A stretch of 45,120 nt of DNA. Source: Catajapyx aquilonaris. Taxonomy: Eukaryota. Below, piece after piece: positions 12,044 to 23,780 of the stretch. The position numbers and the translations under genes were made by a program. Numbering within the stretch: the first letter of the stretch is position 1; the number at the start of each line of letters is the position of its first letter. The stretch lies in NCBI GenBank assembly GCA_000934665.2, contig KZ538181.1, positions 62,001-107,120 of the forward strand, written 5' to 3'. A model generated the notes under the pieces. It was not told the origin of the DNA, ran no database searches, and worked only from the letters and a program-made list of their open reading frames with translations.

Positions 12044-13491
12044 AAATTATTTTAATATTCATTATAAGTTATAGGTGTTTTATATGCGGTATTTATAAAA
12101 AAAACATATGCAAACCTTCTGACCAGGGGTCGCTATTAAGTAGCACTTACTGTAGGTTACCGAGTTTACACGCCAATATCAATTTATTCATATCTTACTT
12201 AGCAATTTCACTTGAGAATCTGCACCATTAATTTTAAAAGCGTCTATAAGTGCTCCTGCCAAGATACGGAATACATTTTCTATCTCATGCCCTAAACAAG
12301 GGGGGGAAAAATTATCCTCAGGTTCTTCAAGACTCAGCCCCATCCATTAGCACTACAATGCAATACCAAGCAATTTCATAAGAACCCAAACCTGAAATCT
12401 CCCACTATCGATCCCCGCTTTTGCCCGTACCGAGACAATTTGTCTTACCCCTGAATTACACCGCTCATCTCGTATGCCATAGTTTACGAGGCGTATTTTT
12501 CCTCTTCTCCCAAAACTGCTAAAGTTGCTTCGGAGGCGGTAATTTAGAAGACGTGGCCTATGTAATGCAGTGCAACGAGCAGTAATTTGTGCCTGGAAGT
12601 CGGGGCGGGGAAAGGAATTCCAGCATGTCACGCTTATTGTTGGTCCTATTTTTGTCTGCAAGCGTCTGTCTGAAGTAGAGCGACATGATCTGGCGGAAGA
12701 TATTGCTCCGGATCTCCGAGAGCTCGAGGTCGGCAGATGGCAAAAATGGCCCATGCTTGATATGTTATTAGGGCCGTTTGAGGAGGTACCCGGGAATGAG
12801 TTACGGCTGCGTATGTCATCCCCGGTAACGGATTTTGCTACAATCTCGCGTCCCCTTGCGGCAGCCTTTATTGGACTGGTCCTAGTCTGTGTGCTGCACT
12901 ACTGGTATGCCCACTACGTTTTTTCGATTTTTTTTTTTTGGGAACCCTTTATTTTTTTCGCTTGGCGTAACGCGCAGTATGCCAGTCGTTAATGAAGGTT
13001 CCTGGCCGCAGTTTTCCGCACCGCTTCTCTTACAAACCGCAGCAAGAATGTGCCACATATCCTGAATGCTCTTGACCGAAACTGCTTCCGGGCTGTTTAC
13101 TGTCTTGGAATCGATGCATTTTTTCCACACCGACCCGGCCACAGTTTGCCGACGTGGTGGGTTCTATATAGTGAGGACGTGAAGTTGGTGCGAAGTTGTG
13201 CGGCTTATAGGGTTACAGTTGGCCTCGGTGCAATTACGTCGTACTGTATTATAAAATATATTTAGCCATCAAAATTAAAAACATGGGTCATACAGGACAA
13301 TTGTTTCTATCATATGAAATTGCGAGCAGAATAATGCATTACTTAATATTTCCACGTAACACACCTGGATGACCTGGAAGTCAAACATCAATGAATTTCG
13401 TTATTTTATCGCACCACTGCACTGCCTGTAATAATACTGGTTATTTAGGGAATATTGTGGTAACATTAGTTTTCTGAAATTGATGAATTTT

Positions 13492-13772
13492 GGGGAAGCC
13501 GTGGTGGCCGAGATGGTAACGTCTCGGCTTGCTGAGCGAAAGATCTCAGGTTCGATCCCCGCCTGGGATTTCCCTTTCGCCTGCGCCCGCGCCTTGGAGG
13601 TGTCTGGCAACCTAACCTCCTGGGGAACAGCACATGACCAGTTTACCGACACTGCACTTGCACCCATGTTCCCTCTCCAAAAATCCACACCTTTCCTTTG
13701 TTTCCTTGCACCGGAGTTCGAAGAAAATTGTATGAAAATACTAGAAAACTGATATCACGGGGTAACTTTAAA
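13492..13772 (+). mobile_element. tRNA-derived SINE (SINE B)
   Basis: A box TGGCCGAGATGG (13505-13516) and B box GGTTCGATCCC (13549-13559), then an unrelated body. The 3' motif ATCACGGGGTA (13754-13764) is shared with the other two SINEs. Possible degenerate TSD aaattgatgaatttt / aaattataaatttt. Confidence 0.8.
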
Positions 13773-13820
13773 AAATTATAAATTTTATCATGTAGATTAT
13801 ACTAGTAGTCTATAACAGTA

Positions 13821-13982
13821 CAGTGCTGGCCATATATGGAGGCAACGACTAGCGACATTTTTCCGAAGCGGCAGAAGAAGGAATCTTGCTCGCTCGGCTT
13901 GTAGCATGCTTATCTTCGATTCCTTCTTCTGCCGCTTCGGGAAAATGTCGCTAGTCGTTGCCTCCATATATGGCCAGCACTG
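13821..13982. mobile_element. Tc1/mariner-type MITE, 162 bp, near-perfect hairpin
   Basis: 65-bp inverted arms (13821-13885 / 13918-13982) with one mismatch and a 32-bp spacer. TA is duplicated on both sides. Termini CAGTGCTGGCCA are of Tc1 type. Confidence 0.9.
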
Positions 13983-15318
13983 TACATCTGGGCAAATTTC
14001 ATAAACAATGACTACAGAGTATTAGAGGCTGTAACTCAGATTGCATGATGCAAATACTATGCAATATAACTGTTATGAGACTCACCTGCTGTCCACATTG
14101 CTTGTTTGCTACCGCTATATTAAGGCCCTATACGTCGTAAGTTGCATAGAGATCAAGCCAGATTAAGGTACCGGTACCCTGCTCTTTCATTCTGCTCGTT
14201 CCATAAAATTCTACAATATTTTGAAGTATGCGCCTCGGGAAGCTCGCATATTATTGGAGAGAAAAAAAATCTCTCCCCACTCCTCCTTCGCCTTTAACAC
14301 CGATACATAAATGATGACATTCTAATTGACTTCTTCCCAACCCTTAATTTGACAGACCCTTCAGAACGGATCGATCCGAGTATGCAAATTACTCAGGAGG
14401 AAAACGTCTTCTTCTTGGTTGGCCGCCCCTAAAGCCTTTACAGCCACCCTGGGGGGTGGGGGGCGCCTGAGATGTAAGGGAAGAAAGATTTACCCTTGCA
14501 AAAGTATGTCTTGCGGGCCAAGGCTGATACTATACTTGTAGGCATGGAGTCCATAATGATCGCATGTAGACCTTAAAGAGATCCTCCATTTCCAACCCCC
14601 CCCCCCCCCCCNTCGCTAATCGGGACCTCAGCTTCTGTGTAGGCCAGTCACGTCGGCGGGTCAAATTATGCCGCCAGTCGACGACGCCGAGCAGCGCCCT
14701 CTTTTTCGCCTTCTGCTTCCTTGGCTTCTGGGCCAAGAGCCAGATTCGACGTGTTCCAGCCTGAAACCACTTATTCCTGTCGGCTTTCCACCGGCATTTG
14801 ATTTTGATTCCTGCTGGCTTTGATCGTACGGTCGGTGGGACGGGGGTTTTACAAAAAAAAAAAAAAAAAAAAAACGTTTTGGACGGTTTTTTAAAAGGCG
14901 GGAATTACACTGTGCGATGCGAGAAGTAAATGAGATTATTTTCGGAGGAGGCTGGGTGTCGGGAAGGGAAATGTCATGGTCGAGTGGACAAATCCTGTGC
15001 GTTCTGGAAGGAATGCGAGTGTATGCGCGCGCATTCAAGTTTGTGAGGTCGTGATTGGCTAGAATTAAAAACAAGGGGATTGCTCACCCGGATTCGACAA
15101 CTATGTAGTTGGTGTCCTTTTTTAAGCAATAGTTGTATTAAAATGAACAGGAAAACGAGCGTGAGCAAAATGATGGAGTATGGTTCAAGTATGCAAGTGG
15201 GACATAGTCTGGGACTGCTAGTATCAACTTCGACTCAGCGAATTGCGCAACATTTCTCTCAAGAGCACAATTAAAACCAACTGGCTGTTACAACTGTTTA
15301 ATTACTGGGTTGTGTGGC

Positions 15319-15321
<3 letters not shown>

Positions 15322-15351
<30 letters not shown>
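15322..15351. repeat. (TC)15 microsatellite / GAGA tract
   Basis: Directly visible. Confidence 0.95.
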
Positions 15352-15354
<3 letters not shown>

Positions 15355-16322
15355 CATGGAGATGTGCCTTAGACAAAGTGGAATCAAATTTCTCTGCTAC
15401 TGAGGCAGGGCTTTGAAAAAAAAAAAACCAGAAGTTTGTCCTTATGTTTTGAAGTCGTTAAGCCAGAATGAAGTATAATTAGTCTTGCCAAACTTTTGCG
15501 GCAAGTTCAATGTGGTCTTTGGAGTCGTTCTGAACAAAGAGGACTTCTTTTTTTTCGCTGCGGGGATGAGTATGATGGGCACCATTGAAAGACGATGGAA
15601 AGAACGAAGGACAATTTATTCTTCCACGATAATCCGAACCGTTGCTCAAGAGTTTTCCGGGAACTTTGTAAACGGAGAAAATAAAAGAAGCGATGGTTTT
15701 TCGTTTGATTAAAATTCGGCCATATAAGCTGGCAGTCAAACATATTAAATTAGCGAGCTTATCATTCACGTCTCTGCTCCTCTGTGGAACCCATTAAGAT
15801 AATTCCGCTTTAGATGTCGCGAAGTTTTAGATAATCTGCTCGACTAGGAAGTTTTCACAATGGAGTCAAATATCCTTTGTGCATTGCCAACTGGGAGGAA
15901 ATCATTAATTTTGAAATAAGATTCATTTCCGAATAATGCTTAGTTTGCTGCGTAATAGGATCGTTGCGGTGGTTCTTTAGAACTTAATTTTGCCAATAAA
16001 TTATGTTCTGCATAAAGCAAGGTGTAACAGTATTTTGCGAGTTGACCCATTTAGCAAGCTTTTCGTAAGAGAGTTTTCTATCATAAGAAAATTGATAACG
16101 CCATTCAGTGAAGTTACACCGCACCGTAGGACAAAGTATACGAACGTGAAGTTTAAAACTATTCAGTTTTTTGGTTCAACGAACTGAAAGCTCAATTTTG
16201 GCTGATGTGGAAGTTGCTCTTCTAAAACAAAAATCGGTTAGGGCAGGGTTAGGGTACTTATATTAAGAGTGTAATCAGATTTTGTGCGACGGGTGTGTAC
16301 GGTTGAGGAGATACACAATATA

Positions 16323-16898
16323 CGAGGGGCGTTCGGAAAGTCTTTACACTTTATTTATATTTTTTGCCACAAATACAGGGCCAATGCAGGTCGGCAGATA
16401 GACATACATTACCGAACCCTCCTGGAGCCGACTGGACTGGAATCTTGAGTGTGCCATCCACTCCAGGCTCTCCAGGAACCAAGTTTTGGAGGTGCGGCGC
16501 CCCACCTCCCGGACAACTGCTTCCTGTTCAACAATGTCCTCGAAATGGCGTCGGCGAAGATGTTTCTTCACGGATTCGAATAGGTGAAAGTCACTGGGGG
16601 CCAAGCCGGGGGAGTACGGCGGGTGTGGAAACACCCAAACCCAGATCCATGAAGAAATAAAACCCTTCGCCGACGCCATTTCGAGGCCACTGTTGACAGT
16701 TGTTTACATAAGCAGTTGTCCGGGGTGGGTTCGCCGTCCCACCAAAAATTGTTCCTGGAGGGCCTGGAGACGTTGACATACCCATGACTTCTGTGCATTC
16801 GGCTCCAGGAGGGTTCTATCGATAATGTGTGCCTATCTGCTGACCTGCATGGGCCATGTAGTTGTGGCAAAAAATAAAGACTTTCCTAACGCCCCTCG
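16323..16898. mobile_element. Fold-back non-autonomous mariner element composed of two inverted transposase 3' ends
   Basis: Termini TA-CGAGGGGCGTTCGGAAAGTCTTTA ... TAAAGACTTTCCTAACGCCCCTCG-TA. Diverged inverted arms of about 250 bp (16323-16575 / 16645-16898). The centre encodes the mariner motif HPPYSPGLAPSDFHLF on the minus strand. Confidence 0.92.
16400..16640 (-). pseudogene. C-terminal fragment of a mariner (DD34D) transposase
   Basis: Peptide VFPHPPYSPGLAPSDFHLFESVKKHLRRRHFEDIVEQEAVVRE...WFLESLE matches the established mariner YSPDLAPSDF/YHLF motif and C-terminal helices. The N-terminal part of the transposase is absent. Confidence 0.9.
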
Positions 16899-18947
16899 TA
16901 GTATTAAAGTTTCACACTGGCTCATATCAAAATCTGGAAATATTCCAATACTTATACGATATGCCAGTCTGGTGACATTTTACCTGCAATATTACATCAG
17001 GTGACCATGTACAGTACCTTTCGTGTGTAACCCATCCTAGTGTGCTATTCTGTCATCTTTGGTTGCACTGAAGTATAAATATCTCATGCTAGATATTCGT
17101 TTACTTCAGATGATACGCTAATGTGACTTTGTAGTACGTAGTCATAAAATAAACACTCCTCCACGCGTCCTATTTTGACATCCGAAGAATTCTTACGCTC
17201 GCCTGTCAGAAAGAACCATGGGTTCTCAAATATCTCGATACTAACAAGACCAAAAGTAAAACGAAACAGGGGAAGAATTCGGACCCTTCACCCACAAGAA
17301 GTACATCAGCGTCCCCTTTCATGTCCTTTTTTGTGCCCTCATGCCCTGCGGCACGCTATCGACTTCAGTGGGCAGAAACGTTTACAGAGTCGTCTTATTC
17401 TCCCGATTGTTACTTCTTCATAATCAGACTAACTCTGTGTAGTATGCCTACATGGAGCTTGTCCTATGGGAATTAGTGCCAATATGCTCTTCCGACTTCA
17501 CCGCGGCTGATGAGATACAGGGTGTTGGTGGAAATGCTAACCAGAAGCTTTTTTGTGTTACTTGTCGGGCTTATAAATAAATAAGAAGGGCATTTTGATC
17601 CACTTGAGACTGAGAGTACACAAGAGTTATCTTCTTACCAAACCAAACTGGCTGAACGCAGAAAAGGTCGCGTGTATTCTCTTGTAGAGATATTTTTAAA
17701 ATGTTGTGAATTTACCTTTCGTTCACTCTCAGAAAAAGTTCTTGATTCCTTTTTTCCCCAGAAAAATTAAATTTTTACATGTAAGCCTATATAATACCGT
17801 CTTGTAAAAACACGACTCTTTGATATTGTCGAGTCGCAACATTCCGCCTGCAGAGTCGAGATACTTGGCAAAGAACGGATTTCGTTTCATCCGATTCAGT
17901 TACCCTTCAGTGCACTGCAGATCGATCAGCAACACAATCGACTCCTGTGCTGATCCATGGACAAATCAATACAACAAGATGGAAGCCGGTTTTCCAAGAC
18001 CATCAGCCTAGGCGTTCAATCTCCAGAGGTGCTATTCTTGGCTTGTTATTCTCTCCCTCGTGCAAGGTCCATAGCCTGAATCCAGATAAGCTAATCCAAT
18101 TAGTTTCCTTCTCCTAGAATGCATCGGCTTTATCGTCAGAGTGCCATGTTTAACCTTTGCATCTCTAACGCGGAAATATTTTAGGCTGAACCTTAAGCTT
18201 GGATTTCCGAATAAAAATTGGAACACGACTTGAGAATCGATTTGATCGCTGTACAATAGAAGAGAAGGTAAATTGCGTCAAATTGACAGCATGCTTTACT
18301 TATACAAAATGAAGGCGTGCCCATGCTATTTTCACCGTTTTGACTGTGACTATTAGAATATTAAGGGCTTTGTTTTACAATCCCGCCAGATGGCATGACT
18401 GCTGAGACAGTGAGGCAGGTGGGGTGGAGATGTTAAGTCAAATGTGGAGCACCGGAGCGAAAACCGTTTGTGAGATCAAAAACACAACTCTAAAAAATGT
18501 ATCATACTTGTATGAAATTGTCAGTTCCGGCACCTTATGTTAGGAACATAAATGATGAATTAATATGCTCCGTTTGACATGGTGTGCGTGTCTTGATAGC
18601 CCGACTTAAGTCTCCATTCAAATTAGTCGTATAATGCTTACAACAACCAGGACAGGAGCGGGCTGTGTAATCTGAGACCTTGCGTGAGAGAGTTCGTTCT
18701 TGCAACCTTCCTCTCATGTTAATAGGATTTGTTAAAGTGAACTTCAGATGACAGACAGTTACTAACTAAAGTTTCCACGCACTTAAATTGCTATTAATAC
18801 CAATAATATCATCCGTACAAGTTGAGATGTACATGGTGATTCAGAGAGGTCGAAGCTTTTTTAAATTTATTTTACTCTGGTGTCCGTCGGATGGCTGTTG
18901 AACTTGTGTTGAACACATTAATATTTCCATTGAATTAAAATAATATA

Positions 18948-20196
18948 GGGTAAGGGGCCCAAATTTCGACGCCCTTACGTTGTTTTCCTCTTGTTAGAAA
19001 ATGGCTGAACGCAGCATTGTAAGGAAAGTGAATGTTAATACATTGAACATTTACGTACTACGTCCCGCAATGATTTTTTTTTTTTGAAAAGCACAAAATT
19101 GAAAAACTGAAAACACCAATTTTTTCAGTTTCAAAAAAAGGGTTCCTAATTTCGGCACCTGCGTTTTAATGGGAGGAAAGGTGTAAAAAACACATTGCTA
19201 AATTTGTGAATGCTTTAAAATGCTTGATTAATTACGGCGCATGACTGTCCTTCCTTCGAACATTCGCACTGATTTTCCCTTGATTTTTCTGTACAGAGCA
19301 ATAACTGCTAGGTACAATCAAGTGATTATAATTAAATTGATTTGGATTTTAAAATTGTTTATCAATACAATATTCGTGGAATTGGAGAACCTCAGAAGTG
19401 TTTCCTCTATTACAGACTTTCATGATTCTTCTCATGTGCGGCAGTAGTGTGGAAAATCGATATATTTGAGAACTCTTTCCTTTTTGTGTTTCAACTGAAT
19501 TGTCCATAGTACATTGTGCAATTATTTAGTAATACTTTGAAAGAACCTCTGTAGTGGAGGCGTAGAAGCCATTTTTCAGAATTTCATATTTTTGTTGCAA
19601 TCACTTATTGCAAAATTATTAGATGTCCTATATGTATATGGGACATTGGGTCTTAGCTACAACATTCCTTCTCTGTATTTTTCAATGAATTAAAAAAAGC
19701 TTTTATCTTTATATCAATACAGCAGCCTATATCTTACGTTTTCCTTGTACAGTATAGCTATACTAGAGGTTACATTTGCCGAGTGTCCCCTATAGGGGAC
19801 GGCACTTTTCTTACAATCTAGCATTCCATAAATTTTTTATCATTTTTGTTGTGTTTTGGGGACTATCATGAACTAATAAAAACAAACAAAAACCAAAATT
19901 TAAACAAAAAATCTTTCAGGCATATCTAAGTTAATAACAATACAATAAAAATTGGTTTATCTGCACGATGAAAATGACAAGTTTTTCCTATTTTCAAAAA
20001 AATTCAATTATGCCGTTGAATCATGACTTGATCAATACAATCATACGAGAACGTTTTAACAGCTTTAACAGATGAGCAAACGTTTTCTGTGACTTCTTTC
20101 TTGAGTTTTCGAGAAATAAATGGAACCGTCAAAATGAGCATGATAGTATTGTAGGTGGTCGAAATTAGGAACGCCTAGGTATCCGAAATTAGGAAC
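18948..20196. mobile_element. Degenerate AT-rich non-autonomous DNA transposon (or nested remnants) with inverted subterminal repeats
   Basis: Starts TA-GGGTAAGGGGCCCAAATTTCGAC. Motif GTTCCTAATTTCGG at 19142-19155 recurs inverted at 20183-20196 (exact) and 20159-20172 (one mismatch). The right terminus is not clearly identifiable. Confidence 0.45.
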
Positions 20197-22929
20197 ATGA
20201 CAACTGTGGGTGCTGGTTCACATCGACATGTTGCAGCATGATGTCGCTACTTTAAAACATGCATATAAACAGTGTAAGCTACATCACAGGCTAAAAGAAA
20301 TTATTGAATAGCATAGCTTAATTGCTGGGAAATGATGGCCAATAATAGCACGCGCTGCAGTCCACCATGCGTTTAAAAACAAACTTGTGTCCAACGTTGC
20401 GCAATGCACGGATGTTCGCATCAGTGTTGCCAGCTCACCAATTCCGTCTTTGTGACATTTTACCACTGTCACCGGCAATTTGCAACACGTTACCACGGAG
20501 ATAGCCTGGTGTTCGGAATTAGGCGCATAGTCGACCCCTTCCCATATACTATTGCAGCATTTTTGTTGCAATTTGTGTGTCTCACGTTATTTAAATACAG
20601 CTCTCGTATTATTATTAGTAGATTTTGAATATTATGACATCATACGTAATGATGACCTACGTCGCTTACAGTGCAGAAGTCTATGAAACGGGAAGTGATG
20701 TGTAATAAGCCTGTGAAATCTGAATTCATAAAATACTTATGCTAACATATTTCTTAATTTTGACTGGACAGTATAAATGGCTTGGGAAAATCCTAGCAAA
20801 ATAGCTTGCATTGGGTCGGTTTTTGCTAACCCTCTTACGTTACTCTCTCCGTCACTTTTCCCATCCGGGCAACTTAGAAATGAAGAAAAATTTTGGGTCG
20901 CGTCCCAAGTTGAGTGCATCTACGTTCATAGCTCGCCGGGTTGTTAAATGTTGCAAAGGAAACCGTGAAGCAATTTTTCTTTGTTCATTTTTTCTCTGCT
21001 CTTTGTAACAACGCTTTCCAAGATGCGAGTGCGCTCTATTTAATAGTTGATTGAGGTGTGTAAGGGAATTAAAAATCTTTTTAGGCATATGGAAACGGGG
21101 CTTCAGTGATTGTGCTAGTGATTGGAAGTAACAGGCAAGAAGCTATTTAACTGGAGAGAAAGCCTATAATGAAGGTACCGAGAGCGAATTGTACTCAGGT
21201 TTGTTAGACAGAGATAGACTCCAAGCAACGCGGGAGAGAAAAAAAAGTGGAGCAAAAGGGTCCTAATGAGGAGAACGGACTAAAACGAGACTATGCAGGC
21301 GCTGCTCAACTGTAAATTCAGTTCGTTCAGAGGCTCTCTAGGCGTGAAAGTCCCTGTTTTGCGAGCGCGAGAAAATAAAACGTGGAATTAATGGCGGCAG
21401 CTGCGAGTTAGAAGGCTACCGAGCATTAACATGTTTGATTTTCAGACACAGTTTCAAGTGAGAGAAACAAAATAGCCTCCTGCAACAGACGGCTTTGATT
21501 ACATGTAGCCTGTGTATCACACTATTAACTATTATGAAAGAATGTGTCTGATGCGCTTACCACAAGAGTGTATCCTGACTATTCACGGCAACCAGACATG
21601 CTTCACAGTCAACCTGGTGGTCTACATGGCAGGTTACATTGAACCCCCTGACAAGTAGTCAACCCACCTGACACCTCAGGCTTAATAGTTGCCCTTAACA
21701 GTCAGGATAAAACTATCTCAACTTATTCTCTCATTGGTTCGTAAACTTTTAAGTCTGATTTTGTAAAGAAGTGGGGCGCATTTTTTTTTTTGCCGTACTG
21801 ATGATCGGCGTATCCTTGATCAAAGCGTGCCGATTGTGTGGATGATTCCCCCTATTGAGCTTCCGGGATGGGGTGCGGCTAATTGGCTTCGATCGCCGGG
21901 CCTTTTTTTGAGGGGGGGGGGAAGGGAAGGAACCGGAAGAGGAGGCCTCGCTGCTCCGGTAAGAGTTAACAGGGCGGGAAGTTTGGGGATAGGGACTAGT
22001 TGCACAGTGTGGTGTACCCAATTCTGATTTTTTTTGGGAAGGCGGAAAGGTGTGGTCAGGGCAAGGAATCAGCACGCAATGGACCTTTTTTTCTGAAAAG
22101 TTTTGTCGGATTTTGTGCGGGGTTTTTTCCTACGTAATTAAACTTGGATAGAGTTGGATTTGAGTAATTTGATACGTTAGATGAAGGGCTTCTTGCATTG
22201 TATAGGGCCCAGGCAGTGGAATTGGTGCACAATACCTTTTGAGTCCCAGTTACTTTTGAGTATCCGAGTCCAAATGTATGTTGTTCATTTAGGAGATACT
22301 TGTAGCAAATATTTGTATCGAACCACAGTTTTCTTATAGAATGCATTAGATGCAATATTAATCATCGCAGGGAATAAATGAGGTTTTATATATTTTTAGC
22401 GTTAAGGAACGAAATAGTGCAGCGTTGATTCACGTGACTGATTTTCCGTAGTTTTGTTTGATTTGATTCCTATTCGTGTTTACATTTCTTATGCAGTTCT
22501 TATGCAGTGTTCCGCAACCCCAGCGGCGAAACGTTTTGAAACATTTATAAATGAGTCTACATTATGTGGGTAATAACATTTCCAAAAACCTGTTATCCAT
22601 ATAAATATTATTGCTGCATTACCGCTTACAGGCCTTGTTTGCACATCTGCGAAACACTTTGGTTGAGGTAAAAAATTTCTGCAAACCCTATACTAAAAAT
22701 AAATTACCCAGTTATAATCAACAATGTACTTTGAGATGAGCATCATATGCTTACCTTCTTAGTTGATTGCTTTGGGAGGTGGCGTTGGCGAATACCACAA
22801 AGGGAGTACAACGCATAGAGTAAGAAGCCTGAGAGTTCTTGTGGTTGACAGATCCTTTGTAATTTTTTTTGTCCACTGCCCAACGAGGGAGAGACAAAAA
22901 AAGAGAGAAATGGATAGGTTTGGAGGAAC

Positions 22930-23370
22930 AGAGATGGCCCTTTGGGGGAGAGTGAAGGGGGTAGTGGGAGGGTCTGCTAAATGATCGCAAAAAATGGTAT
23001 CCTAGAAGGAGGAGAAAGCTTGAGAAATGATTCTCGAGCAGAGCGGGGCATTATGCCGAGGTCGAAATATCACCAACGTAGAGACTTTTTAAACTGGTCC
23101 TCCGAGACTCTGCGTGCAGTTCCAGTCGGTGGGGTTTACGATTGGCGAAGGGATTTGGACTGTATAATATACTAATTTGAGAACTATTTTATTTGAAAAA
23201 GTAGCCTGCGTAGCATCCATGCAAATATTGGTCTTAAATGCCGGGAAATATGGGTAATGTAAGCACTCTCGGTGAGTGAATTGCTGGGCTTAGTTGCAGT
23301 CAATAAATTGAGTGATGAAATTAAGGAATCGAGGCAAGCCCACCTTAAGTCAAATTACAGAAAGGCTCAT
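22930..23370 (-). mobile_element. Heavily decayed LINE (I/Jockey-type) ORF2 C-terminal remnant
   Basis: Broken minus-strand peptides occur in order: PSNSLTESAYITHISRHLRPIFAW ... IIQSKSLR ... TGTARR ... YFDLGIMPRSARESFL ... RPSHYPLH. They resemble the post-RT region of non-LTR retrotransposons (Y...IRP.L.Y...W; IQN.ALR.ITGA; DL.I.P...R). There are many stops and frameshifts. Confidence 0.4.
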
Positions 23371-23543
23371 TTATTTGAACTGGGTGGGGAAGGAGAGTGT
23401 TAATCTTACATCAACAAGTAGATTCTCTGTGAACTTGTCGGTCTAATGAGTGAAAATATGGCCAAATTGCGCAATGTTCAAAACAGGCATATTTAATAAA
23501 TGGTTACGCTTTCATATCGGGAGACCCCGCACACCTACTTTCC

Positions 23544-23633
23544 TAGGCTTGTACCTGCTGAAAGATAGGCATGGATCCTCTGAATAATAGGCGTGTATCC
23601 GCTGAAGGATAGGTATGTGTCCGCCGGGAAGGA
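23544..23633. repeat. Degenerate 22-bp minisatellite, 4 units
   Basis: taggcttgtacctgctgaaaga / taggcatggatcctctgaataa / taggcgtgtatccgctgaagga / taggtatgtgtccgccgggaagga. Confidence 0.8.
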
Positions 23634-23680
23634 CGGTTAGGTCATAGGGTATGATGGTGCAGCGTGCCTCTACCCTTGTC

Positions 23681-23780
23681 ACATTCGGTCTCCAATAATT
23701 GGAGACCGAATGTCATTGTAATTTATTGGGAAAGACTTTCGTAATTATTACGAAAGTCTTTCCCAATAAATTACAATGAC
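23681..23780. repeat. Two abutting perfect inverted repeats (33 bp and 69 bp, each with a 1-nt centre)
   Basis: acattcggtctccaat-A-attggagaccgaatgt (23681-23713) and gtcattgtaatttattgggaaagactttcgtaat-T-attacgaaagtctttcccaataaattacaatgac (23712-23780). Confidence 0.95.

Noticed and set aside
13498..13570. tRNA gene
   Set aside because: It has A and B boxes but no proper acceptor stem or poly-T terminator, and continues into a SINE body and tail
21060..21340. Faint resemblance of minus-strand translation to a Penelope-like ORF N-terminus
   Set aside because: No diagnostic motif and multiple stops; cannot be supported by eye
23544..23633. CRISPR-like array
   Set aside because: Units are directly adjacent and degenerate with no unique spacers, there are no cas genes, and the context is eukaryotic
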